Both the position numbers and the translations under genes were made by a program. From the NCBI GenBank assembly GCA_964016885.1, contig OZ024744.1:38006001-38070000 (forward strand): DNA of 64,000 bases, in the 5' to 3' direction. The stretch comes from Eledone cirrhosa. Its lineage: Eukaryota. Below the pieces are notes generated by a model, which was not told the DNA's origin, searched no databases, and saw only the letters and a program-made list of their open reading frames with translations. How positions within the stretch are numbered: position 1 is the first letter of the stretch; each line of letters begins with the position of its first letter. Of the stretch, positions 45,835-59,963 are shown piece after piece.

Positions 45835-47450
45835 TTATTTTCCAATTTTCAATTTATTATCTTTTAATTTAATTTCATCCTATAACTCGTAACATAAGTT
45901 TAACGTTCCAAATTTCTGTTCACACATTAGACCATACAGACACCCATTATATATGCCTTTGGCAGTATCGGTAGAGGGTCGGACGCCATGCTTTCCAGCA
46001 TAGTTACGTCCCTTTATGATCTGAGTTCAAATCCCGCCGAGGTTGACTTTGCCTTTCATCCTTACAGGGTCGATAAAATAAAGTACCAGTAATGCACTGG
46101 GTAATTGCTGGCCTTGTGCCTAAAAGTAGAAACAATTATATATGCCTTTGTTAAAATTTAGATTCTTTAGGATAACGTTTTGCGCGGCGTTTTCTAGCTT
46201 GACTGTAGTGTGACCCTTACGCTGACTTCTTTCTTTCCTTTTTCTTTTTCTTTTTTCTTTTTCTTTTTTCTTCTCTCTTTCTTTCTTTCTTTCTTCCCCT
46301 TTTATTATTTTTTATTCTTTGACGGAGAGTAACTCCTCCGATATGTTCTTATATACTTCCGTCCTACTACATCACTACCCTAGCTATGAAGACGTTTTAT
46401 TTTTATTTTTATTGTTATCAATGTATTCTTTATCTTTGTAATTTATCATTGTATCCTACTTTTATTTATTTGTAACTTTCCTTACTCAGGTCATTATGCA
46501 CCTTTCATAGCCCCCTACCCACCAAAGAACCACACTACTTATAACCCGGACTAACTGAGACTTTAAAATAATTATAGTCTATTTGCACTCTTTATTGAGT
46601 TTTATTGAGTTTTGATACCTTCGAATGGTGTGGTGGCTTTTCCCGGCTGCACGATGGGCGCTCGGAAAGTTCAGCCTTCCTTGAGTGCTTGGAAAAATAA
46701 ATTTCCCCTCTTTCGGTAAACTAAATTACTCGGAGCGGGTTGCTTGGCCCCGGGCCCGCCGCGCCGCCTGTTTTGACCGCCATATTATACTTATACCTAT
46801 AAACTCTAGGCTTAGGCATAACTGTTAGCTGTATCATGCCTCTACTGGCACATAAATAAACCCCTCATGTGTGAATTAATAGTATTCGTTTGATATAGAC
46901 GATGGCCTGTCGAAATTGTAGACTTCCCGCTAGCACACCCGGGGCCTAGTGTAGCTACGTTCCTAGAGTACTCGGAAAAATTAATTTCGATTTCTTTCGC
47001 TGGACGATACCACTCGAAACTGGCTGACACGTGGTTAGGAGGTGCTGGCTGGGGTCACATTCGAAGGCTTTAATCTTTATCTCACCCTGATATCTTATCG
47101 AGATTAACTTTTTCATATAAGACTCTCTCTGTAAGTTCATTAAATATTTTTTTAATTTATTTTCCAATTTTCAATTTATTATTTTTAATTTAATTTCATC
47201 CTATAACTCGTAACATAAGTTTAACGTTCCAAATTTCTGTTCACACAGTAGACCATACAGACACCCATTATATATGCCTTTGTTAAAATATAGATTCTTT
47301 AGAATAACGTTTTTTGCGGCGTTTTCTAGCTTGACTGTAGTGTGACCCTTACGCTGACTTCTTTCTTTTTTTCTTTTTTTTTTTCTTCTCTCTTTCTTTC
47401 TTTATTTTTCTTTTTTCCCTTTTTTTATTTTTTATTCTTTGACGGAGAGT
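45835..47450. repeat. Partial tandem: ~300-bp direct repeat (45835-46331, SINE-interrupted; 47157-47450) around a ~820-bp core
   Basis: Direct homology; the second copy shows the empty SINE site. Confidence 0.75.
45962..46134 (+). mobile_element. Young SINE with 16-bp TSD
   Basis: attatatatgcctttg at 45946-45961 and 46135-46150; empty site at ~47266. Confidence 0.92.
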
Positions 47451-47620
47451 GGTAGTGCATTATAAGCCTTCGCCCCATCACCAGATGGTCATCAGCAGAT
47501 CGAGTTGCTATCACTTTGTGGGCGACTGGCCGTGGTGAAGACAGGTAGTTGGTCAGTCGTCCTCTCTGTCTCTGATTTTTCGGACCCATGGTTTTTACAT
47601 ATTCCTTTGTTATATTTCAA

Positions 47621-47678
47621 ATACCTGATGATATCACTGGATTCATTTGGAACCCGGTCATTGAAATGATCATAGTAT
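47621..47678 (+). ncRNA. Type I hammerhead (singleton family)
   Basis: atac-CTGATGA-tat cactgg..ccggt catt-GAAA-tgatca-TA-gtat. Confidence 0.75.
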
Positions 47679-47728
47679 AATAAACCTTTCAAGGATTTAC
47701 ACCAGTCCAGCCCCCTGTTATTTTTATT

Positions 47729-47762
<34 letters not shown>

Positions 47763-47763
47763 T

Positions 47764-48930
47764 CAATGATATTAAATAAATGGAAACTATATTTATAAAA
47801 CCATATTTATTCTATTAACTATATTTCAAGGCTACCAAAACTTTGGTACGCTCTCATCAGATAAAATACAAAGTTTGTTTTATAAATATTGACATATCCA
47901 GGAAGAAGATCTTAACGGTTCAAGTTTTTCCTGGATAGTAAAAGGAAAAAAGGTGAAAGATAGGAAAAATCAAATGAGTATGCAAATGAGGTTGAGGTAT
48001 AGGGCTGAAAAAACGTTATTTTTAGACGCTAGGTAGATTTAAATAATTATTAGGATATATGTATGTGTAGGAAGAAGAAAGAGAAAAAAAGAAAAGCTTG
48101 TATTTACATGAATTTAAAAAGAATTAACAGTTTGTAGGAATGGTGGAATATGATTCCAGAATTTAAAAAATTATTTAGCTATATTGTGAGTTATAATATA
48201 TAATCAATTAGATTATATGAAGAATTATGGTGGTAAATACATTTTATCTTATTATATTGCAACAGGTTGTAAGTATATAAATATCTATATAGTTTAATAA
48301 GTGTATAAATATAAGTATTATTGGTGATTATATAGATATAAAAACACGTATTAATTGTTTATATTTCTAATATGAGTTACGAAGGATGTTGATTTTACAT
48401 TTTACATATATAATCAGAGGAACGATCGATTAATGTTCGAACTTAATTCTGGAATCGGGAGCTCCTCAGATATGTGTTCTCACATGTAGACACACGTCAT
48501 AACCAAATTCTTTAACCGTTGAGTGCTTCTAATCTGCTGTAAAATTAACTTTGTTGAATAAACAACAAACCAATTAACTCATTGTTTTTATATATATATA
48601 TATAAGCAAAAGGGATATATAATTTTTTGGTAATTCAACAAATATATATGTTTATAACTGATTTGAAGCATTCGACAGATTTTCAATGATATTAAATAAA
48701 TAGAAACTATATTTATGAAAACATATTTATTCTATTATATATATTTCAAGAGTACCAACACTTTGGTACGCTCTCATCAGATGAAATACAAAGTTTGTTT
48801 TATAAATATTGACATAACCAGGAAGAAGATCTTAACGGTTCAAGTTTTTCCTGGATAGTAAAAGGAAAGCGGGGAAAGATAGGAAAAGTCAAATATTACA
48901 AATTATTAAAATGAGTATGCAAATGAGGTA
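47764..48930 (-). mobile_element. ORF-less 920-bp partial tandem of the PLE2 pLTR family (hammerheads at 47808-47868 and 48728-48788)
   Basis: caatgatattaaataaat recurs at 47764 and 48684. Both copies carry a CTGATGA...GAAA motif on the - strand. Confidence 0.8.
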
Positions 48931-50220
48931 TGTAATGATATTCAAGTCTAATGATATTCATTACACTTGACTATATCTTATACACCTTTAAAATGATCCT
49001 ATTATTTACTGAATTTTTCTTTAAAAATTTTAATTATTTAAATGATCTTTCTTCTTAAAATTTAGTATTTTTACCATTTGATATTCTTTTACAAATGATA
49101 CTCTTCTTAATCATTTTTTTTTTTTTAGATGTAGATTTATACTCTTTAATTGACATTCTGAAGTATATCCTCTTTACGATAGTTCTTGGAAATGCACTCT
49201 TGACTTATCTAATAATACATTTTTTTCCTCTTTTTAATTTTCAAACTTTTCACACATCTTTTGACGTAAATAATATGTAATTGAAATTCTCATCCTTGAA
49301 AAACATATAATATAAAATATCTTATAATCTCACACAAAATAATATATAATTTTCTCTACATATTTCTAAGTAAATCATTCATTAAATGTAATGGTCAGCA
49401 AATAATATTGGAGTTATCTTTTCCTTTACAATTGAGCAAACATAGACATGATAACATGTATGATAAATTATATAATTTCGCTAAATTAACAATGTTCTGA
49501 AAATATTTTCAATGTTGGATGAAAATATTTGAATCTACAAATTGTTCTTCTCTTACAATTTGAACTACGTCTTTCTTAAACATGTAATATGTGATTAAAT
49601 ATGTATATGTGATGTAATATTGATTCTTTGTTCCCATATATATAGTAATAATAAATGTGAAGACTAAAATCCGAAGAGGGCTCGATAAGGATTATAAATA
49701 TATAAAACCGTAGAGCAAATATTTATTATAAGAACAGATTAAAGTTTAAGCAAAGAATCGCTGCTTTCATCCTTAACGGGATCTTCTGAAACTCTGAGTT
49801 TCAGAAGATCCCGTTAAGGGTGAAAGCAGCGATTCTTTGCTTAAACTTTAATCTGTTATTTTTATATATATAGGGGGGGGGGGATACAAAAGTGTGTATA
49901 TACGTATATATGCATATGCGTGGATGTGGGTATGTATTTGTATCTACATGTACAATGTCTACGTGTGAGAGAGATTGTGTGCGTAGGAATTTTATAAACG
50001 TAGGTATGTGTGTGATTATATATACCTGGATATATTTATTTATTTATTTATATCCGTTAGTTTAGTTTTTCATAATGGTTATTTTTTTATAATGCTCGGG
50101 ATAGGTGTGTCCGTTGAATTCTAGGCCCGTGTTTGATAATTCTATATGGTTGTTTGTGTCTTTGCTGTTTCCTCCATAGATATGATGTGATTTGTCTTGT
50201 GTTAACACTGGTCTGGTATC

Positions 50221-50338
50221 AAGCAGTCGTGGAGTCTGGTCTGGGGGTGCCATCCCAGATCACGAGCAAGCTGCTTGGCGATCTAACCAGATTATAACCA
50301 GGTTTCTAACCATGATTGTAATATCTCCACGTTGTTCT

Positions 50339-50382
<44 letters not shown>

Positions 50383-50500
50383 AGAACAACGTGGAGATAT
50401 TACAATCATGGTTAGAAACCTGGTTATAATCTGGTTAGATCGCCAAGCAGCTTGCTCGTGATCTGGGATGGCACCCCCAGACCAGACTCCACGACTGCTT
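50221..50500. repeat. About 123-bp perfect inverted repeat centred on (TA)n, followed by a PLE2-family pLTR relic (~50501-50720)
   Basis: Arms 50221-50343 and 50378-50500. Confidence 0.85.
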
Positions 50501-51231
50501 GGCACCAAAATCCTCGCACGCCCTGATCAGACAAAATACAAAATTTGTTTTACAAATGTTGACATACCCAAGAAACCAGACCTTATCGGTTTAGGTTCAG
50601 CCCGGATAGTGAAAGAAAAACCTGAAATCCCCAGGGTGAATATGCAAATGAGGTTGAAACGCAAGGCTGAAAAAAGATCGCCATACCTAGACGCCAGGCA
50701 AACCTAAACAACCATTAGGATAATTTATAAGGATAATTTATAAAAGGAAAAAAAGAGAGGCTAATATTAATATTATGGTCTAAGAAAATCCAAGGAATGA
50801 TTATAAGAAAAAATTATAGTTATAAATATACTATTATTATTAAGATAACATTGTATGGATCATATCAGTGATGGTGTAAAGAGTGTTATAGTTATATTTA
50901 ATTATTTAATTATATAATCATATACCCTAGGAGTATCTATAAGATAATATGAGATTTTATAAAAAATTTGGAATTGGTATTCTACCACTTCGACACATTC
51001 TTGGCTCTCATATTATTTTATAGATACTGCCAAGGTATATGATTATGTAATTGAATAATAGGTAAAACCGTTAGAACGTTATACTTTGCTTAGCGGTATT
51101 TATTCAGGAACTTCTGCGCTCTAAGTTCAAATCCCGCTGAGATCATCTTAGACTTTCATCCTTTCAAGCAAGGTCTGTCATTAAAATACCGGTCCAGTAT
51201 GGGGTTACGAATCTTCCTCTATATAAGTTTT

Positions 51232-51316
<85 letters not shown>

Positions 51317-51317
<1 letters not shown>

Positions 51318-51907
51318 AAAACCATGACCACAGGAAGCCACTTTGCTCTAGCTCCCTCTAATATCCTCCTGAGCATCAGGATGTGACTGGTAGTTGATCC
51401 CTCTCTAAAGCCGTTCTGGTTGTCCCTGAGCTTCTTCTCCATCTCAGGCTGAATCCTGTTAAGAATCATCCTGTTGAGGGTCTTTGCCACAAGTGACGTC
51501 AGAGAGATCCCCTTGTAGTTGTTGGTGTTAGAGACATCTCCCTTTTGGCACTGGGACGATGTTACTGATCCTCCACTGATTCGGGGCAACTCCTTTCTCC
51601 AGTGCCCCGTTACAGAACCCCAGGATGATATCATCAAAATCACACCTCTTCATCACCTCTGATGCCACTCTATCTTCTCCATGAGCCTTTCCCTCCTTGA
51701 TCTTCTTCTTTGCTCTCTGAAGCTCCTCTCTAGTGAAGGGCCCTGTCTCAATATCCAGTTCCTCAAATAGCCATCTGATCTCCCCAGTGCTCTGGGCTGT
51801 GGAGGGCGGCTCTCCTAGTAGGGTCCTAAAATGTTCTAGCCATTTCCTCTTCCTATGCTCGGGCCCTGTTCCCTGGATCTGACTCGAACACCTTCTCTTC
51901 CTCCCTG
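51317..51907 (-). pseudogene. RTE-type LINE RT fragment, inverted 5' segment
   Basis: KGD..NYKGISLTSLVAKTLNRMILNRI..LRDNQNGFR..STTSHI..LRRILE..VMVF. Confidence 0.85.
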
Positions 51908-52700
51908 TTCAGAGCAGGAGAGTTAAGGCGAAAAATATATCGGATGCTGAATTTAGCGACGACATAGTTTTGCTGACAAATACAGTGAAGGAGGCAGAGG
52001 ATTTGATGCAGGAGGTTGAGACTGTGTCGATGAGTGTGGGGCTGAGAATGAATGAGACTAAAACAAAATATCTGGTAGAGAATGCTGAGAAGCCAGAGGG
52101 GATAACTAATGTAGGCGGGAAGCCGCTAGAATTGGTTGAGGACTTCCTGTATTTGGGAGCAAAGATTGGGAATACGGAAGAGGATGTGGTTGAGAGGAAG
52201 AGAAAGGCCTGGACGGTGTGCCACAGTTTGAGATCGGTGTGGGAGTCGGACCTTCGTAAAGACCTGAAAATCCGCCTCTTCATTGCTGTAGTGGAGTATG
52301 TGCTGTTGTACGGGTTCGAGACTTGGACACTGACCAAGAGTCTCACTCAGATGGTGGATGGGTGCTACACGAGAATGCTGAGGATGGATCTGAACATTAA
52401 TCAGTAAACACTGAGGATGAAAAACTCAGAGCTGTATGGGAGCCTCCCAAAAGTCAGCTCAAAAGTGACACAGAGGAGACTGAGGTTGGCTGGACATGCT
52501 CACCGACATCCAGAGTTGACATTGCACTCAGTGCTCCTGTGGGAGCCCCTACATGGACACACTGGAAGAGGAAGGCCAAGGTTAAGATATGTTTATGCCC
52601 TAAGGACAGACAGTGGTCTGTTGGAGACGCAAGACATGGCAGCGATGATGAGGGACGGAGAACCGCTGGAGGGAGCTCGTCCATGGATCTCGGGAATTTT
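51908..52700 (+). pseudogene. RTE-type LINE RT C-terminal fragment
   Basis: EFSDDIVLL, GLRMNETKT, FLYLG, VLLYGFETWTL, RRLRLAGH..R, GRGRP. Confidence 0.88.
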
Positions 52701-52779
52701 ACCCGCCCTAGAGAAAAAAAATATATATATATATAACTCTTTCTCTCTTTCTCTCTCTCTCTATCACACACACACACAC

Positions 52780-52863
<84 letters not shown>

Positions 52864-53609
52864 GTTCTTGGATGAAATCGAATGTGTACAGTTCTGTAAT
52901 GGGATTAACTCCACCAAGTTTAAAATACCCCAGAAAATCCGTATGTGACTGTCGATTTCCTGCTACTCCAGTTGGAGGTAGGGGTTCACACAAACATGCA
53001 CTCTAAATCACTGTGCATCATCACATCGGCTAAAGTAGTTTGAGGTACAATATTCCGAGAGAAAATTGTGAGACGATCATGCCAAAACTGTTCAATGAAG
53101 GCTGATGTTGAGTTAAATAACACAACAACGGTAAGAACTTGTCAGGAACGAATAAACTATCACCAAGACTAAGAAAAGATGAGAAAATCGAGAGTAATGA
53201 GAGAAACAATTGTAACAATATATACAATCATATCATTCATAAAGCTAATGGAAGAACAAACTGTATGTTGCACAACCATTCGCCCTAGGACCACCTCCCT
53301 ATTTACCACCATAGACATGGAGTTAGCTACCCACAGGTGTGAGTCTCGCGAGCTGGAATGGCTCTTCCAATGCGTCTCTCTCACCATCCTCCGGTGAAAC
53401 GCCTTCTGTATTCTGTCCACCGGGGCCATCGGGCAGCCAGCGCGTGGTATGCCATTTGCTTATAATAGTGAGAGATGGGGAAAGCGAGAGAGGCGGAGGA
53501 GGTGACAACACCAGCATTTCTGAAGTATTTTGTAGAGTTAAAGTTAAGTGATTTTACGATCTTATACAGTAAATGTTTAATGTTGAAGAACATCACACTC
53601 ACCACCGAA

Positions 53610-54740
53610 TAAAATTACCGTTTCTGATTTAAGCCCAGGGTCAACAATTGTGAGGATCAGGGAAAAGTCGATAACAGCAATCCCAGTATTTCATTGCCAT
53701 TTTATTTAATGACCCCAGAAGAATGAAAGGCAAAGCTGACCCCGGTGAGGTATATAAAACCCAGACCGTAGAGATCTGTTACCAACTGTTACAATGCATT
53801 TCCTCCGAACGCTCAAACAACATACATTCAACATAGACACCACCAAATAATGGTTTCTGATTTAGACATAAGACCAACAATTTGTAGGGGAGAGAGACTT
53901 TGATTAAATCGACCCCAGTGCGTTTCTTGTACTTTATTTTATCGATCCCGTAAGGATGAAAGGCAAAGCTAACATCAGCAGGATTAGAAATCAGAACGTA
54001 AAAAGCCGTAACTCTATACCACGAAGTATGGTGTCAAATGCTCTACCGATATTGCCGACCCACCACTAAATAATATAACACATATCCTGGGACACATAAT
54101 CTGTGCAATCACTACCCAGCACTATAACAACAACAGCTCAAACCAATTACATTCGCCACAATCGCCAACCATTTAATAAAACACAACCTATATAACAACA
54201 CTCCACATCAGTTATCGAAAAATTACCTTGAAGATTTTGCTAGTGCGGCTCGTCATTTGATGAGCCATATCTCAAGCGGCCCATTGCTAAAAAAAAGATG
54301 TCCGTGTTTACTCTACACAGACTCCATCCCATAAAATGGTATAAAAAATATTCTCATAAAATCAGCACTCATCATTATAATAATTATTTCTACTTTTGAC
54401 ACAAGGCCTGTAAGGTATTACTGGTACAAGGCCCAGTATATTACTTGTACTTTATTTTATCGACTCCGTAAGGATGAAATGCAAAGCTAACCTCGGCGGC
54501 ATTTGAACTCAGAACGTAAAGGACCATAACTAACGCAACACAGGGGCATTGGATTGGCAGAATTGGTAAGGTGTCGGATAAAATGACATTGCATTATTTC
54601 TAGAGTTTAACTCCAAGGTCAACTCTGCCGTTCACCCTTCCGGGGTCGATGAAACAGAGTACCAGTTATGTACTGGGATTGATTTAATTATCTTTTCCTT
54701 TCCCCCAACTTCGCTGGTCTTGTGCCTAAATTAGAAATCG
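53610..54740. mobile_element. Cluster of four SINE copies (~53610-53810 -, 53850-54068 -, 54380-54530 -, 54545-54740 +)
   Basis: SINE core and tail motifs. Confidence 0.75.
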
Positions 54741-55214
54741 ATATAATACTGCGGCATATATTCTTACATAACCGATATCTGATATTACAGCACCACCAAC
54801 TGACATTACCGCCAAATTCTCTCTACAGAATCAACATCCGAATGTAAATCACATGACACTCACTAATACCATAACATGAATGAAACAAAGATACCATTCC
54901 GATAAACAAGATAATTCAATAGACAGATCACACACTACGCTAAAACTGCATTATACTGAAACACGTAACACTATACTGAAACATCACACAGCATATATGA
55001 AAGAGAAACACAACAACCTCCAATATAACACAACACAACATATATGAAAGAGAGAAACACCACAACTCCCAATATAAAACAACACAGCTTATATGAGAAA
55101 CACCACAACCCCCTAAAATAACACAACTCACTCATCACATAGTCTACACAATTATCACATGATACTAAAAAGCATAACACCGATTACACATCACATATTA
55201 CTACTACTTTGACG

Positions 55215-55990
55215 TTAAACTCCGCCAGTTGCAGACTGTGCATCAACATGAGATATTTTTCTCCACAAAGTTCGATCATCATCAGCAGAGTTTAAACAGT
55301 AAATATCAAGTCCAGTCCATAGGTTGACATTATCAAGCCATCGTTTTGGATGCCGGCCTCTGCTTCTCTTACCAGCCAACCTTCCTTCCAGGAATATATA
55401 ATACCTTTCGATCACCAACAGCAGAGTTTAAATAGCAAAGATCAAGTCCACAGGCTGACATTATCAAGTCATCGTTTTGGCTGCCGGCCTCCGCTTCTTT
55501 TAACAGCCAACCTTCCTTCCAGACATAAACTACTCACACCACGAGTTGATCTTTTTATATGGCCGTATAGTTTGACTCGACAATTGATGTAATTGGTCTA
55601 AGTCCGGTTATGTTGAGCAGCTCACTGATACAGATACGGTCGCTGAGCCGCTTGCCAGTCATAAGTCTCATGATGTAGTTCTGGAATGTAGAGAGCTTCT
55701 GAAGTGACCGTGTCGTCCAATTAACACAGTCAAGACCATATAACACAGCTGCTAGGATGTAGGTAACAAAGATCTTAGCCTTCAAATGGTAGGAAACTCG
55801 TTTTGATGTTAGTACTTCCTTGTTCTTGTTGAAGCTGTCCAACCTAGAACGATTCGATACTGCATAGCAAACATTCCATTGTTGTTTAATGATAGTTTGT
55901 GACTGAGATATACAAACTCCGTAACTTGAGCAATTTGCTGGTTGTAGATTGGGAGTGTGAAATTGTAAATTGCTTTTATCAGTTGTCATT
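55215..55990 (-). pseudogene. RTE-like LINE 3' fragment with internal ~110-bp duplication
   Basis: VLYGLDCVNWT, YGHI, and EGRLAGKRSRGRHPKRWLDNV present twice (~55283-55392, ~55420-55522). Confidence 0.75.
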
Positions 55991-56149
55991 CATTTGTTTT
56001 GGAGATCACATATTTTCGTGTCCCAAATAATAGGGAGTGTAGCGGGGAGTTAAAAATCAGTAATTTTTCATTTGATTTAGAAAAAAAACAGAATTAGTCG
56101 TTTCATTTTTACATATTGAGACCCCAACCCATCTTATTTACTTTATACC

Positions 56150-56247
<98 letters not shown>

Positions 56248-56985
56248 ATGTATATATATTGGGAGGGTCATATTAAATTATAATATTGCCAGAAAGAATA
56301 ATTGTGTCTACTTTAGGCACAAGGTCAGCAATTATACCAGTGTATTACTGGTACTTTATTTTATCGACCCCGAAAAAATGAAAGGCAAAGTTAACCTCGG
56401 CGCCAAAAGTAATAATAAAACACACTCACTATTCAGAGGTTTCAATACATTAGTAGGATGCACACATCAAGTTTAATAGAGAAATGGTTCTACAGGACTA
56501 GAACTGTTTCATTCAAAAGAAATCACCAGGAAAGCCCATATACACACACACATATATATATATATATATGTGTGTGTGTTTGTGTGTTTTGTGTTGTGTG
56601 TGTGTGTGTGTACGCGCATGTGTTTGCGTGTGTGTATAGTGTTTTGTTTGATGTGTGTTCGTGATTGGGTAAAGAAGACAAAATAAAATAAACAAATAAA
56701 TAAATATATAAACAGACTAAATAAAGATGGCGTAGAAAATACAATGTAACGGAAGGAAACAATAGCACCACTGACGATGTTGCAGATGTGCAACGAAAGA
56801 ACTTTGATAAACTATATATATGTGTTTGTGTCTATATTGTACCTGTATTATTTTTGACCGTCGGTCAGTCAATGGCAACATTGAGGACCGAATAAATTAG
56901 ATTACCGATATAAAAGACACAGAAGCGAAAAGCGAAAACCAACCAAACAGTGAGTGTGTTCTGTTATTAATTCTGGTAATATTAC

Positions 56986-56989
<4 letters not shown>

Positions 56990-57045
<56 letters not shown>

Positions 57046-57068
57046 CTATATATATATATATGTATATT

Positions 57069-57152
<84 letters not shown>

Positions 57153-57218
57153 TACATATATATATATATGTATATATATATGTATATATATATGTATATT
57201 TATATATATATATATATG

Positions 57219-57264
<46 letters not shown>

Positions 57265-57267
57265 TAG

Positions 57268-57310
<43 letters not shown>

Positions 57311-57325
57311 TAGATAAATATATAC

Positions 57326-57412
<87 letters not shown>

Positions 57413-57415
57413 TAC

Positions 57416-57496
<81 letters not shown>

Positions 57497-57537
57497 ATAT
57501 ATATATATAGATATAGATACTGTATATATATATATAT
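56990..57537. repeat. Degenerate (TA)n field
   Basis: TA tract. Confidence 0.95.
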
Positions 57538-57736
57538 AGGAACGAGTAGAACCCCGACGGCTGAGCTCTAGCCGTTTCGACGGCTAATTCTGGACTAATT
57601 TAGAATTAACCGTCGAAACTGCTTGAGCTCAGCCGTCGGGGTCCTACTTGTTCCTATTACCCACTCTACTACTACCCTAAGTATTGAGTACTTTGGTGCG
57701 TTATGGTCCACCTGGTTCCTTACCACATTTCCTTCG

Positions 57737-57740
<4 letters not shown>
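57538..57740. repeat. Hairpin-ended repeat in (TA)n; homologue at 63181-63360 (opposite)
   Basis: 57538-57656 folds as a ~57-bp imperfect hairpin, and the tail is shared with 63181-63265. Confidence 0.75.
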
Positions 57741-57800
<60 letters not shown>

Positions 57801-57893
57801 CGAGAGATGTCAACATGAAGTTACTTTTATCTAAAGACCTTTTTTCCAATTCCAACTCACCCGTTCCCTCAATTTGTCTTATTCCTCATTCTT

Positions 57894-57934
57894 TCTTCTG
57901 ATGAAGGACTAGCTTCTAGCGTGAAACGTTAAGA
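57894..57934 (+). ncRNA. Candidate minimal hammerhead
   Basis: tctt-CTGATGA-agga ctag ctt ctag cgt-GAAA-cg-TT-aaga. Confidence 0.55.
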
Positions 57935-58011
57935 CCCTCTTGTTACTATATCAACCTAATATATCCTCTCCATATACTGTACCGACTGTGTTGTTATTCC
58001 CGTTTACCTTT

Positions 58012-58062
<51 letters not shown>

Positions 58063-58961
58063 GTTTATATAATTATTTATTTATTTGTACACAAGCATAC
58101 ACACACACACATATTTATATGTGCGTGGTTTTGTATACCCATGGTAAGGTTTTGCGTATGCTTGTGTATGTACGTATCTGTTTGCGTGTATGTATTTATT
58201 TGTTCCTATTACTTCTGTATTGTATTTATTTACTTTGTTCTTAACTCTGTAGCGGAGATTCATTTGGTCTCCTAGTTAGAATTTTAGTCTACGATTTCTG
58301 CTATACCATTTACGTGCTATTGTTAATATTGTTAATATACGTCTTTGCGTGCTATTGTTCTCCACGCTCCACATATGACTTATTATCTTCGTTTTTTCGT
58401 TCATTGCCAGAGAACGTCTCTATGCACCACCTAAGAGAACATTAGTCTACGACCTCTTTTATACCATAAACGTGGTTTTGTCTTTGCGCGTAATTGTTTT
58501 TCGTCGCTCCTATTAATGACGTATTATTCGTTTTTTCCCGTTCTTTGCCAGCGAACGTTACCACGAACCAAAGTATCGTCTTCCTGTCTTCCTCCGGTTG
58601 CAACGTTTTTTGAAATATCCAGTTCTGCGGTTACAGATTGACTTTGTTAGTTTCGGAAGATCCCGTTAAGAGTGAAAGCAGCGATTCTTTGCTTAAACTT
58701 TAATCTGTTATTTTAATAAATATTTGCTCTACGGTTCTTATATATTTGATATATATTTTCCTTATCGAGCCCTCTTTGGATTTTAGTCTTCAATTTTATT
58801 ATTATTACTATATATATATATATAAAAATCAGGAAAGAAGGTTTACATGGTTTGCTATACAAAAAAAGTTTTTAATCACATAGCTTACATTTGTTTCACT
58901 GAACTGGTATGTCTAGAGAACTGGTATGTCTAGACTGCATTTAACTATTATTTGTTAATCC

Positions 58962-59035
<74 letters not shown>

Positions 59036-59116
59036 GTATATATATATATATATATATAACTTAATAAAAACAATGAATTAAAAACAAAGAACAAGTTCCA
59101 TATATTAAAAAATTCA

Positions 59117-59245
59117 TCATTTTACGATCGTTTCTAGGATGTATATGAGTGTTGGTATGTATGTCATATAGATCTATGTAAAAAATTACAAATTATCAGA
59201 GAAAATATACATACCTTCACATATACATGCTGTCTTCAGAAATGA
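59117..59245 (-). ncRNA. pLTR hammerhead of PLE3 with ~100-nt stem II
   Basis: tcattt-CTGAAGA-[c agcatgtatatg...catatacatcct a]-GAAA-cgatcg-TA-aaatga. Confidence 0.75.
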
Positions 59246-59963
59246 GGAGATTTCTTTATTGAAAAAAAAAACAACAAAGATTTAATATAAAAGGTCTGTT
59301 TGGGAACAGATTTTGAATTGACCAATAGAAAAGTAGTTAGAGGTCAAGTTGATAGAATAGTAGTACTAGAAATTTAATTTAGGGGTAGAGGAGTTCAGAC
59401 TTATGTTTTGAATGAAAAGAATACTTTGAACGAAAAGAATAGTTTGGGGATGCAAAGAGGTCAAGCAAGTGAAGGGTTGATGAAAATTTGATGTTATTAA
59501 AGAATAATGTTAAAAACAAAGGAAAATAAAATTTTAGGGAAAAGGTATTAGTGAGAAATACCAATCTTATTTAAACCACAAGGAAACTAGATCTATAACA
59601 AGAAATTAAATTAATTGATAGGTATACTTATAGAGATAAATTTATATTAATTTATATGAATGTGATAAATAAGATTTAGATGTTATTAAAGAGTGTTGTT
59701 AAAAACGAAGGAAAATAAAATTTTGGGATAAGGGTAGTAGTGAGAAATACCAATCTTATATAAACTACAAGGAATCTAGATTCATGACAGGAAATTAAAT
59801 TAATTTATAGGTATACTTTTAGGTATTAATTTTAGGAAAAGAGAGCTGTAAAAGGGAAATAAAATTATTTCTACCGTTCTGCGTAGTAAAGTATTAATTA
59901 TAGGTTAACTAAATTAAAAAAACTAAGTATAATAATATGTAAAATATATGTGTAAGGTGTATA

